From the IMG/VR virus record IMGVR_UViG_3300048793_000029, positions 8,250-72,249 of that record: DNA of 64,000 bases; one strand, given 5' to 3'. Positions 1 through 8,315 of the stretch are shown in pieces. The notes under the pieces are model-generated. The model was not told the DNA's origin and made no database searches. It worked only from the letters and a program-made list of their open reading frames with translations. Position 1 is the stretch's first letter. Every line of letters starts with the position of its first letter. A program made the position numbers and the translations under genes. This DNA is from a virus.

Positions 1-233
1 ACCTTCTCGAAATCCTTCGGCGCCTTTGCTTTGCGGGTCTTCTTGGCCGCCGAACCTTCCTTCTGCGTTGCGAGCATCTTGTCGCGGTTCTCGGAACTGA
101 ACCGGTTCTGCAAATAGGGAGCAGTACCGGTGATCTTTACTCTAGCCGTTGCCATCTTTGGCGGCGTGATGGTGACTTTCGTTTCCGTAACAGGGGCCGC
201 GCTAACGGCCTTCAGTTGCATTACTTTTGACAT
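1..233 (-). CDS. hypothetical phage protein, 5' part only (runs off the window edge)
   Basis: Not in the ORF track. ATG at 233 with AGAGGA upstream; frame open to position 1: MSKVMQLKAVSAAPVTETKVTITPPKMATARVKITGTAPYLQNRFS... Confidence 0.6.
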   Translation of the reverse strand, partial: MSKVMQLKAVSAAPVTETKVTITPPKMATARVKITGTAPYLQNRFSSENRDKMLATQKEGSAAKKTRKAKAPKDFEK

Positions 234-267
234 CTTTTAGTCCTCTCTGCTGTGGTTTGTTAAGTCT

Positions 268-1800
268 TCACGTTACATCTTCCAACAAATTCCGCTTCAA
301 CTTATATGACGTCATTCCCTTCACATGCTTCCGCGCCTCCTGCCCGAACCGCTGAGCAATCGAATCAAGGTAGCGGGGGCTAGTGAAGTACGCCTGGAAC
401 GCTTGATCGCGAGCGCGGAGAACAGCGGCGGGGGACAAGTCGCCGGTGACGTAGGGGATGGTGTGCTCGTTGTGCATGCTGAAGGCCTCCCACGGCGGTG
501 GCTTCCAGCCGGCGGCGACCGCGTCGTCGTAGAGCTTGCTACCGGGGAACGCTTGCGTGGGATAAAAGTTCGCCCACGCGGTGTTGAGTTCTTGGGCCAG
601 CGCAAGGGTCGCCTCCATAGTCTCTGGCGTCTCGCCGGGTAGGCCGAAGATGTAGTTGGCGCCGATGTGGATGCCGGCCGCCTCGATCTTGTGGACCACG
701 GCCTTGATCTGCTCTGACGACATGCTCTTGTCGGCGCCGTCGCGGACTTCGGCGCTACCGGACTCGATGCCCAAGGCAAACCATTTAAAGCCGGCGGCGC
801 GGAACAGTCCTAGCTCGCCGACCTCGAACTTGTAGTCGGGGCGGCAGTAGCACCAGCTGTTGATCTTCTTGCCCAGGCCCGACGCAATCAGCCGCTCGCA
901 AATCGCCTTGGTGTGGCGGCGGTTCAAGACGAACAGTTCATCGACGAACTTGAAGGTTTCGACACCGTGGTCGCGGTTGAGCATCACCATCTCGTCAATC
1001 ACAGCTTGCGGGTCGCGCATGCGGTAGCGGTTGGTGTGTTGAAAGACATTTATCATACAGAAACTACAAGTGAACGCGCATCCAAGTGAAGTGCAGATGG
1101 CGGCGTAGGGGCTGCGCTTTGATTGGTCGTCGAACCGCTGCCAGTTGTGCGAGCGGTACTTGGATGGAGGCGGCAGCAGGTGCCAGGCGCGGCCGTGCAG
1201 GTCCTTGTTGATGTCGAGCAGCGGGGCGCGGTGGTTTTGCTTAACAACATCATCCAGGGTTTTGGCACGACCAGCTTCTAGAGCTTCTGTACTGCACCAT
1301 ACCAGTCCAGGAACTTCCCACAGCGGGTCGTTGTTGAGCAGCCCCATGATGGTCAGCGGCCCCTCGCCGTCGATCACGAAGTCTACTGGCTCCTCAACCA
1401 AAGTCTGCACCGGCAGGGCCGACGGGTGGTTGCCCATCATGACGATCTTCGGCTGCCGGTCGAGGTCGGCGCCTATGTCGGACGTTCGGTAGCTCTGCCG
1501 GATGGCCTCCGCCGCCAGCCTCGCCCCCGGCATGGCCTGGGTGCTGGCGCTGGGCTGATGGCCCGACACCACGATAGCAGCGATGCGAGGGTTGAGGGCC
1601 GCGACCCGTTCGCCTATCTGGCCGGGGCTCAGCCCCTCGCACTCGGCATCGATGATCTTGACGTCGACGCCGCGGTCAAGCAGGTAGCCTGCTATCAAGC
1701 GGGGCCACAACGGCTGCTCACGGCTAACCAGCGTATCGCCGAGCTGGCCGTAGATGCCGTGGACGCCGTTGGGGTGGATCAGGACTACGTCAACCATCAC
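268..1800 (-). CDS. B12-binding radical SAM protein (class B methylase-like)
   Basis: CxxxCxxC motif (GCAFTCSFC), FVDELF, LGIESG, YIFGLPGET, and an N-terminal cobalamin-binding-type domain (V..IDA...MGNHPS...VDFVIDGEG). True start is probably GTG 1800 or ATG 1797, overlapping the upstream stop, not 2163. Confidence 0.9.
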   Translation of the reverse strand: MMVDVVLIHPNGVHGIYGQLGDTLVSREQPLWPRLIAGYLLDRGVDVKIIDAECEGLSPGQIGERVAALNPRIAAIVVSGHQPSASTQAMPGARLAAEAIRQSYRTSDIGADLDRQPKIVMMGNHPSALPVQTLVEEPVDFVIDGEGPLTIMGLLNNDPLWEVPGLVWCSTEALEAGRAKTLDDVVKQNHRAPLLDINKDLHGRAWHLLPPPSKYRSHNWQRFDDQSKRSPYAAICTSLGCAFTCSFCMINVFQHTNRYRMRDPQAVIDEMVMLNRDHGVETFKFVDELFVLNRRHTKAICERLIASGLGKKINSWCYCRPDYKFEVGELGLFRAAGFKWFALGIESGSAEVRDGADKSMSSEQIKAVVHKIEAAGIHIGANYIFGLPGETPETMEATLALAQELNTAWANFYPTQAFPGSKLYDDAVAAGWKPPPWEAFSMHNEHTIPYVTGDLSPAAVLRARDQAFQAYFTSPRYLDSIAQRFGQEARKHVKGMTSYKLKRNLLEDVT

Positions 1801-2027
1801 CAACTCCTCGCGGCCAAGCCGCTGGCAAACCCCACCACCTGCTTCACGCCACCACCTCGCAACCCTACCTGATACCTCAGCTCCTCGGCCAGCCGCGTGC
1901 CGTAGTAGCCGGCGCACTTGAGGCTGGCCTTGAGCACCGCTTCCGAACCGCCGGCGGCATATTCCCGGCAAGCTCGCTCGTAGCGCCAGCGGTGGACCTC
2001 GGCGGCATCGGGGTTGGAGCCTAGCAT
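1797..2027 (-). CDS. hypothetical protein
   Basis: 76-aa ORF tightly packed between neighbours with a GTGA overlap. Confidence 0.55.
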   Translation of the reverse strand: MLGSNPDAAEVHRWRYERACREYAAGGSEAVLKASLKCAGYYGTRLAEELRYQVGLRGGGVKQVVGFASGLAARSW

Positions 2028-2029
2028 TT

Positions 2030-2368
2030 TTAGTCCTCAACCCGCCGCAGACCCTCGGGGGTATATTCTTGCTGGCGGCGAACGTGGTAGATGCCCTTGT
2101 CAAACATAATCGGCTCGTGCTGGTCAAACTCGCGCAGGTGCTCAAGCGCGGTTGGCTCGTCAACTACCAACAAACAATCCATTATCGAGTCCGGCAACCG
2201 ATACATTGTGACACTCTCGGCCTTCATGACGTGGTGATGGCCGGTTTCCGAGTGGGTCACGATCACACGGCCAGCTTCGGCCTTTACAGCAACAACCGCT
2301 TCCGGCAACGCATTGATGCGGCGGATGTAGATGTCGCCCTGTGCGCAGTAGTCTTTGAAGGTTCTCAT
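2030..2368 (-). CDS. conserved His-rich phage protein (usual partner of DUF6745 proteins)
   Basis: QGDI...HSETGHHH...LEH...HEPI...G.YHVRRQQEY motif set; operonic spacing. Confidence 0.7.
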   Translation of the reverse strand: MRTFKDYCAQGDIYIRRINALPEAVVAVKAEAGRVIVTHSETGHHHVMKAESVTMYRLPDSIMDCLLVVDEPTALEHLREFDQHEPIMFDKGIYHVRRQQEYTPEGLRRVED

Positions 2369-2369
2369 A

Positions 2370-3455
2370 TTAAGTCCTCACTTCTGGCTTGATGAACGTC
2401 TTTTTGTCTAGGCCCCACGTCCATGCTTGGGCCTCTAATGCAGTTTTCATAGTAGGCGGCACAGGCAACGCAAACTGCCGTTTGGTGCCGCAGAGTACGC
2501 GCAAGAACCTCTCCTTACCGATCTCTGGTAATTCAACCTCGACAAGCTCTCCGATCTCTGGGTCGCCGTCTCGATCGACAATCTTGGACTTCAATTCGGT
2601 CAGAATGCGATCCCAACCTAAAATTTCACAAGCGGCACGACGCTGTTCAATGTTCGTCCAAGTCAAAGCCATCTTTGAAGTCAACTTGTGGCGCTCAACA
2701 ATCCACTCTGGCGGCACTTGCGTTCCGTGCCAGTGATAGAGGCCCCAACCTGTCCCGGCATACTTTATCGACATGCCTGTGTCATAGTGCAGACGGCCCT
2801 CACCGTCTAAATGAATTTCTGATGGCCGCTCTGAAGCAAAACAAACATCATCTAGTGTCCAATAAAAACCACAACTCTCAGTCATTTCGAGGAAGTTGCG
2901 ATCAATAGCGATGCCGCAAACTTCGCTGAAATAGTCGGCCCAAGCAGAATATCCTGCGTTCCAGACAGAGCCACCAAAATAAGCGGTGCCAGCCGAGTAC
3001 ACCGCCGAGTCCACCGCCGAGTCCACCGCCGAGCGCACCGCCGAGTCCACCGCCGAGCGCACCGCCGAGCGCACCGCCGAGTCCACCGCCGAGTCCACCG
3101 CCGAGCGCACCGCCGAGTCCACCGCCGAGCGCACCGCCGAGTCCACCGCCGAGCGCACCGCCGAGTCCACCGCCGAGCGCACCGCCGAGTCCACCGCCTT
3201 CTTGGCGGTGGGCTCTAATCTGTGCTGAATGATATTACTGTAAACAATTGCGCTCAAAGTGGCGCTAATTGGACACGGCAGCCAGATCACGCGCGGTTCT
3301 TTTAGACTGGCTAGACGGTACAAACCCGCAATGGCTTTCTCGGCGCGCGGTCGATCCGCAGGCTTCGTCGATAGTCCGATCTCTATCCATTTGCGCGTGA
3401 ACTCCGGGAAACGGGCTTCCTGGTCCTTCGTTAGTTTGGTAATGAGTTTTTTCAT
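2370..3455 (-). CDS. DUF6745-like protein with internal SAV(R/D) tetrapeptide repeats
   Basis: C-terminal SERP...DGEGRLH...GLYHWHG..VP...NIEQRRAACEILGW pattern; repeat-encoded central linker. Confidence 0.7.
   Translation of the reverse strand: MKKLITKLTKDQEARFPEFTRKWIEIGLSTKPADRPRAEKAIAGLYRLASLKEPRVIWLPCPISATLSAIVYSNIIQHRLEPTAKKAVDSAVRSAVDSAVRSAVDSAVRSAVDSAVRSAVDSAVDSAVRSAVRSAVDSAVRSAVDSAVDSAVYSAGTAYFGGSVWNAGYSAWADYFSEVCGIAIDRNFLEMTESCGFYWTLDDVCFASERPSEIHLDGEGRLHYDTGMSIKYAGTGWGLYHWHGTQVPPEWIVERHKLTSKMALTWTNIEQRRAACEILGWDRILTELKSKIVDRDGDPEIGELVEVELPEIGKERFLRVLCGTKRQFALPVPPTMKTALEAQAWTWGLDKKTFIKPEVRT
2992..3198. repeat. 12-bp tandem repeat ACCGCCGAG(TCC/CGC)
   Basis: 16 full units counted from 3001 to 3192 (9 TCC-type, 7 CGC-type) plus partial flanking units. 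Confidence 0.97.
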
Positions 3456-3622
3456 TCGCTCAGCTCATAGTTGCTGTAACTGTTCTGCTTTTCGTAGTCC
3501 CAGTCTAGGTCGTCAATGGGCCTGACTTGGATTCGCTGTTTGACTTCATGCGTGAGGCAATACGCCTTGCGCTCCTCGAAGGTCTTGAGCCGCAGGTACT
3601 CGTCGAGGCGAAAGTCAATCAT
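3452..3622 (-). CDS. hypothetical protein
   Basis: Small ORF with ATGA overlaps at both ends (start taken as MIDFRL). Confidence 0.5.
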   Translation of the reverse strand: MIDFRLDEYLRLKTFEERKAYCLTHEVKQRIQVRPIDDLDWDYEKQNSYSNYELSE

Positions 3623-4050
3623 TGCTGTCGGTCCCTCGAAAGAGGGTGCATCCTCTTGAAATGACCCTCGCACCAGGAAGTGCCTGGCTTCACAACATCA
3701 CCACAAAATAACATTGTCGAGGCTTCGCCTTCGATCCACCGACAGTGCCACGACTTGGCATCGTATAGGTTAACACCGCCTTTCGTGGATCGCGACCTAT
3801 TTGGTCTCGGCGGCAGCCTCAACTTGACCTTCTTGAACCGTCGGGCCGGCACTCGCTCAAACTCGCGCTTGATCGATGGCTCGCGATCGGTGCGGATGGA
3901 GTTAGTTCTTACGATGCCGAGGCGGTGCAACTTGCCTATGATGGCGTTGCGACTGACGGCTCCGACCTCCCTGGTGATCTCTAGCGTACTTTTACCGAGA
4001 GCGTGAAGTTGCTTCAGTAGAGTAGTGCGATCATTGGTCCAGAAGGTCAT
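3619..4050 (-). CDS. gcrA: GcrA-family cell-cycle regulator
   Basis: WT.DR...LK.L...G.S...I......SRNAIIGKLHRLG N-terminus and CRW..G....FCG......SWC..H C-terminus. Confidence 0.9.
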   Translation of the reverse strand: MTFWTNDRTTLLKQLHALGKSTLEITREVGAVSRNAIIGKLHRLGIVRTNSIRTDREPSIKREFERVPARRFKKVKLRLPPRPNRSRSTKGGVNLYDAKSWHCRWIEGEASTMLFCGDVVKPGTSWCEGHFKRMHPLSRDRQQ

Positions 4051-4088
4051 GACGTTGATCCCGAAGAAAAAACATCCCGTTACTTACT

Positions 4089-4259
4089 TTAGGCGGCCAA
4101 CTTGCTGGCAACTTTTGTCAATTCGACTTCAGTGGCCCAAGTATAGCTTTTGCCCATCTTCTTGATCTTGGCTTCGCGAAGCTTGATCCGAACGGTGCTG
4201 GGCTTCAACTTCATTTTCTTGGCCAGATGGGCGATGCCAAACTTAGCAACTTTTGCCAT
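4089..4259 (-). CDS. small basic HTH-like protein (paralogue 1 of 4)
   Basis: IAHLAKKMKLKPSTVRIKLREAK...YTW; GAAAGGA RBS before ATG 4259. Confidence 0.65.
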   Translation of the reverse strand: MAKVAKFGIAHLAKKMKLKPSTVRIKLREAKIKKMGKSYTWATEVELTKVASKLAA

Positions 4260-4263
4260 GTCG

Positions 4264-5616
4264 TTACTTCCTTTCAAAGTGTGAAACTACTTGATAGACC
4301 GATGACTTTTTACCTTCTATCACCTTTATCTTCTCTTCGTCAACTGTATCTACAGCAAACAAAAGATAAGCATTTAGTACCTTTTTCTGGTTCTTACCAT
4401 AGAGCCGGAAGAGTACCTGCTCGAAATCGATGAAGCTGTGGTTAATAGAGTAGAAGATCAATTCACATGATCGAGTTAGATCGATGGCTACCCCGCCAGT
4501 GCGTAATTGACAGATGAGAGCATCAACCTTTCCGGCCTGAAAGTCTCGGATCAACTGAACTCTTTCCTCTCCTTTAATTCCACCATGAAGGGATCGAATA
4601 TGAGACCAAGGCAATGATTTACGGATTAGGGGAATCTCGTGTGAGAACAAGCAGAAAATTACCACTGGGGGCTTAAGTCGATTAGCCAGCCACTTTAGTT
4701 TGCGGGCTTTGGCTCCACCCGTAGGTCTTGAAATGTCATCTTCATCAAGAATCAGACCGCCAGTAATTTGCTCAAGCTTGCTTTTAACAGTGATGCTAAG
4801 AGGAGCCACGATACGAACACCGCCAACTTCAATGACCCCATTGTCCCGCATGTCTTCATAGAGTTTACGTTGATTGCCTAGCAAATGAAAAGGGACAGGA
4901 TGAAGTTGAATCGGTTTGAGCTTCAAAAAGTCCACGGTTAAGCGATAGATATGGTTCTTTAGTTTATCAAGAAATTGCCGTTGTTTGTCTTTATTAAATC
5001 TCCATTCATGCCCCATGAACCCGGCTTTGTAGCAGTACTCCTCGGCAAAAGGTGTCCAGTCTTCCCCTAGTACGGTGTGATCAATGAACCTCATCTGACT
5101 CCATACATCGATCTCACTTTCGTCAATCGGGGTACCAGAGAGGGCGATGCGTCGTGGAACCGCATCGCGAAATCGACGGGCAGCCCGTGACTGGAGGGAG
5201 TTTCGGTTCTTAAGCCCCTGCGACTCGTCGATAATAAGGACTTGCCAAGGCAGTTTAGCGAGCTGCTTGGACGTTTTAGTGAATAACTGCCAATGCACCA
5301 CTAGGGCAACCGGCCCGGAAGCCCCCTTGAGCTCCTCACGATTACGGCAGATTAGGTAGGGGGACTGTTGAAGAGCCGTGACCCACACGAGGTCGACTGC
5401 AGTGAGAGGCGCGACGATCAAGACAGTGGGCCAATGCAGTTTCTCAAGCACGGCCATGGAGATAAAGGTTTTACCGGTTCTTTGCTGGGAGAAGAGGCCT
5501 ACACAGCCTTCTTTGATTACAAAATCAGCGGCGTCTTTTTGCTCTGGCAATAGTCGATGATACCAACTCAATGGCCTCTTCGGGTGACGTGACGACACCG
5601 GCGCAACCTCCCGCAA
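4264..5616 (-). CDS. SNF2-like superfamily 2 helicase
   Basis: RTGKT, IIDESQ, LSGTP and helicase-C motifs (FQAG...GGVAIDLT); start uncertain. Confidence 0.85.
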   Translation of the reverse strand: MREVAPVSSRHPKRPLSWYHRLLPEQKDAADFVIKEGCVGLFSQQRTGKTFISMAVLEKLHWPTVLIVAPLTAVDLVWVTALQQSPYLICRNREELKGASGPVALVVHWQLFTKTSKQLAKLPWQVLIIDESQGLKNRNSLQSRAARRFRDAVPRRIALSGTPIDESEIDVWSQMRFIDHTVLGEDWTPFAEEYCYKAGFMGHEWRFNKDKQRQFLDKLKNHIYRLTVDFLKLKPIQLHPVPFHLLGNQRKLYEDMRDNGVIEVGGVRIVAPLSITVKSKLEQITGGLILDEDDISRPTGGAKARKLKWLANRLKPPVVIFCLFSHEIPLIRKSLPWSHIRSLHGGIKGEERVQLIRDFQAGKVDALICQLRTGGVAIDLTRSCELIFYSINHSFIDFEQVLFRLYGKNQKKVLNAYLLFAVDTVDEEKIKVIEGKKSSVYQVVSHFERK

Positions 5617-5845
5617 GTTGGATCAACTCTATTTCAATCTTTTGTAAGTCTGAAGGCTTAGATTTCTTTCCCTTTCCGGGCTGTTTGACTTCTAGACCAA
5701 AAAACAGCCCATTCACGCAGCCAAGCAGGTCGGGGATGCCGGCTTTTTGATAAGGACCTCCCCAGATTTTATACCAATGACCTCCGACGGCAGTGACTAG
5801 CTGCCGTCGGATATTTCGTTGAAGCCTTGACTCTGGCTTAGCCAT
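5525..5845 (-). CDS. VRR-NUC family nuclease
   Basis: ESRLQ...GIPDLL...LEVKQP...Q motif. Confidence 0.88.
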   Translation of the reverse strand: MAKPESRLQRNIRRQLVTAVGGHWYKIWGGPYQKAGIPDLLGCVNGLFFGLEVKQPGKGKKSKPSDLQKIEIELIQLAGGCAGVVTSPEEAIELVSSTIARAKRRR

Positions 5846-6479
5846 CTAACAGGTCATTTTCTTCGAGAGCCGCGGTAACGGCGGCAATTTTCTTGCGAAG
5901 AATTTTGTAGTCGCTTAGGTCGACGCCCAGATCATGCTTTTCAATCAAGGACTCGAGCTCATCTTCGCTCATTTCCTTGACTTCATCCTCACTCACCTTG
6001 ACGACCTTACCCTTGCCGGCGCCCTTGGCGCTACTCTTGGCCGAACGGGACTCCGGCTCTTCGGCCTCGGGAACAACGATGGCGGCGAGTTTCGATCGGG
6101 TCTTGCCCTGGTACTCGTCGTCTTCTACGACAGCTGTGCCTTCGAGACCTTCGAGTTCATCGAGATCCACGTCCATGACGCTGTCCGGCACTTCGACGCC
6201 AAGCCCTTCGAGTGTCTGACGCAATTTCCAGAGCGCCTGCTCGACGAGGGGGGTATAGAAATAAAATAGCTTCCCCTTCGCCTTTCCATCGGTTCCTTTG
6301 AAATGCCACTCAATTTGCTCGTTGTCGTTGCTGCTGATACCAACCTCGGCAGAGTCAACGATTACGCCGTACTCGCCTTCGGGAATATGAAAACCACCAC
6401 CGCCGCCGGACTCGACGTCGCTGAAATCAACTTCGATAGTGCGTTTCTTCTTCGCTGTACGACTGGCTGGTCTTGCCAT
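5838..6479 (-). CDS. DUF669-like putative ssDNA-binding protein
   Basis: IPEGEY...ALWKLR..LE.LG...YQGK pattern; acidic tail; next to AAA ATPase. Confidence 0.7.
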   Translation of the reverse strand: MARPASRTAKKKRTIEVDFSDVESGGGGGFHIPEGEYGVIVDSAEVGISSNDNEQIEWHFKGTDGKAKGKLFYFYTPLVEQALWKLRQTLEGLGVEVPDSVMDVDLDELEGLEGTAVVEDDEYQGKTRSKLAAIVVPEAEEPESRSAKSSAKGAGKGKVVKVSEDEVKEMSEDELESLIEKHDLGVDLSDYKILRKKIAAVTAALEENDLLDG

Positions 6480-6547
6480 ATTAGTTTACTCCTTGTTGCT
6501 GGTGGAATGGTTTATCCCGACAGGCCCACCGGATACCGAGTCGAGAA

Positions 6548-7387
6548 TTATTTGCCCTTGATCACGTCAATGACATCCGAATAGGAGGCGTCTTCAATGA
6601 ACGCGGGCGGTGGAACGTCTTTCGGCTTACGAAGTTTCGTCAAATAGTAAGGACCGGGGCCCACGCGTAGGCAGTACTGAATCTCTTCTTTCGATACCTT
6701 CTTCCCCTTGATGTCTTTCTTGAACCGACGCAGTCGAACGAAAGTATTAGCGATCACGGACACCGCCGCATTGAGGGCGATCGCCACAGACTTCATGACG
6801 TGAGGTCCAACCTCCGGAGAAATTGCGTTGTCGGAGTCATCTACCTCGTCTTCGTCGGTGGCGGAGATGCGTTCTTGCGCCAGGAACACGACCTCCATGG
6901 GCAAGTTTCGTAGATTGATGATCCAATCCTTCATCAGACCGGAAGCAGTGCCCCAGTCTCGCTTAGTCATTGATCCCCAGTCGCCGACTCGGGTAGTGTC
7001 TTTTTTCTTGTCGCTGATCACATACTCGAGACACACCTGCTGAAGCTGAGTGATAGTGTCCATCACCACCGTCTTGTACTTCTTAGGATTAGCTTTTAGA
7101 TAGTAGTAGGCTTCCTCGAATCTTTCCCATGAGTCGATCTCGACCATATCGATGTCGTCATGATCAGCGATAGAGTCGGTACCTTGATCGCGCACATCCA
7201 ACAACAAGATGGGCTTGGGAAAAGTTGCCGCGAATGTGGTCTTGCCACTACCGGATTTACCATAGATCGCCCAAGACCGCGGACGATTGAGTAAGCTGAT
7301 GGGACGCGGGTGGATATCACCGTCGTCCTCATCAGTCTCGGGTCTCTTCTTCAGTGGTTTCTTTAGCTTCATCTTTACGGATGACAT
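6548..7387 (-). CDS. AAA_24 / Sak4-like recombination ATPase
   Basis: IYGKSGSGKTTFA Walker A, YKTVVMDTIT Walker B, DWG, VVFLAQE. Confidence 0.85.
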   Translation of the reverse strand: MSSVKMKLKKPLKKRPETDEDDGDIHPRPISLLNRPRSWAIYGKSGSGKTTFAATFPKPILLLDVRDQGTDSIADHDDIDMVEIDSWERFEEAYYYLKANPKKYKTVVMDTITQLQQVCLEYVISDKKKDTTRVGDWGSMTKRDWGTASGLMKDWIINLRNLPMEVVFLAQERISATDEDEVDDSDNAISPEVGPHVMKSVAIALNAAVSVIANTFVRLRRFKKDIKGKKVSKEEIQYCLRVGPGPYYLTKLRKPKDVPPPAFIEDASYSDVIDVIKGK

Positions 7388-8315
7388 ATTCGTGCTCCTT
7401 CACGTAATCTTCATCGGAACCTTGTAGAGCCGCTCGACAGAGAGGCTCAAACTCGCACCAGGTACAGTGCTTATCTATACTGCGCGGGACGGGCTTGTCG
7501 AAATTAGTATCCCTTAGATGACGAGCCGAAAGGGTGAAATCACGGACGAGGTTATCAACGACCGCCTTCTTGGTTGGAGTATAGACGCGTTGATACCAAG
7601 TTGACATGTTGAGTGTCTGCGAGTCAATCAGATCTTTGTAGTCTCGAGGATTGAGTTTATGCTTCTTGATCGTGTCGATCACGACCTGAGGAAGAGAGTC
7701 CAGCCTTTTCTCACTTAGTTTGCCCGACTTGAGCAACTCCGGCCTAGTGGGAGGTTTCGATCGTATGTAATCCCACAGGGTTCCTTCGAGACTCCACCAT
7801 CCCAACATTTCGATGAAACGGATATAGACCGCTGACTGAAGGTTCCGCCAACGATGGTCGGCGTCGGGGAATTGCTTGTTGTTCTTGTGCTCAACAAGCC
7901 AGTTCATTTTGCGCGACTTCGCTACACCGTCAAGTTTACCTGTGGCGACGATGTCGGTAGTAAGCTCGATCTCGAACTCGATCTCCGCCTTTTTTCCGTC
8001 GTGGGGCAACATGACGAGTGGGTCTTTTTTCCAGTGCTCCAGATAGCCCCGCATGATATAGCCAGCATCGGCAACAATTTCTCCGTAAGCCTCTCGCTCC
8101 TCACGAAATAGTCGAACATTCTGCTTGGCGATCTCGTCGAGCTTCTTGAAAGGGTCTTTGCCTTCAACATGCACTTCAATCAACTCGTGCATGATGGAGC
8201 CAAATTGCAACGGCCGTGCCTTGGCCTTTCGACGTAGACGATCGTGGTATTTGTACTTGAATGCTTGAAGGCACCGACGGCCGGTGTTGATTTTGCTTTG
8301 ACTGACTCTAAACAT
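7332..8315 (-). CDS. PD-(D/E)XK Cas4-like exonuclease
   Basis: SQS...C...FGSIMH; GKLD...VEHK; Q...Y; C-terminal C..C.F..LC. Confidence 0.85.
   Translation of the reverse strand: MFRVSQSKINTGRRCLQAFKYKYHDRLRRKAKARPLQFGSIMHELIEVHVEGKDPFKKLDEIAKQNVRLFREEREAYGEIVADAGYIMRGYLEHWKKDPLVMLPHDGKKAEIEFEIELTTDIVATGKLDGVAKSRKMNWLVEHKNNKQFPDADHRWRNLQSAVYIRFIEMLGWWSLEGTLWDYIRSKPPTRPELLKSGKLSEKRLDSLPQVVIDTIKKHKLNPRDYKDLIDSQTLNMSTWYQRVYTPTKKAVVDNLVRDFTLSARHLRDTNFDKPVPRSIDKHCTWCEFEPLCRAALQGSDEDYVKEHEYVIRKDEAKETTEEETRD

Noticed and set aside
1801-2163. N-terminal 120 aa of the 631-aa radical SAM ORF
   Set aside because: Overlaps two better ORFs; the recognisable domain begins at about 1800.
2992-3198. Possible CRISPR array
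   Set aside because: Contiguous 12-bp units with no unique spacers, in frame within a CDS.
7332-8315. Cas4 as evidence of a CRISPR-Cas system
   Set aside because: Stand-alone phage exonuclease in a recombination module; no other cas genes or array seen.
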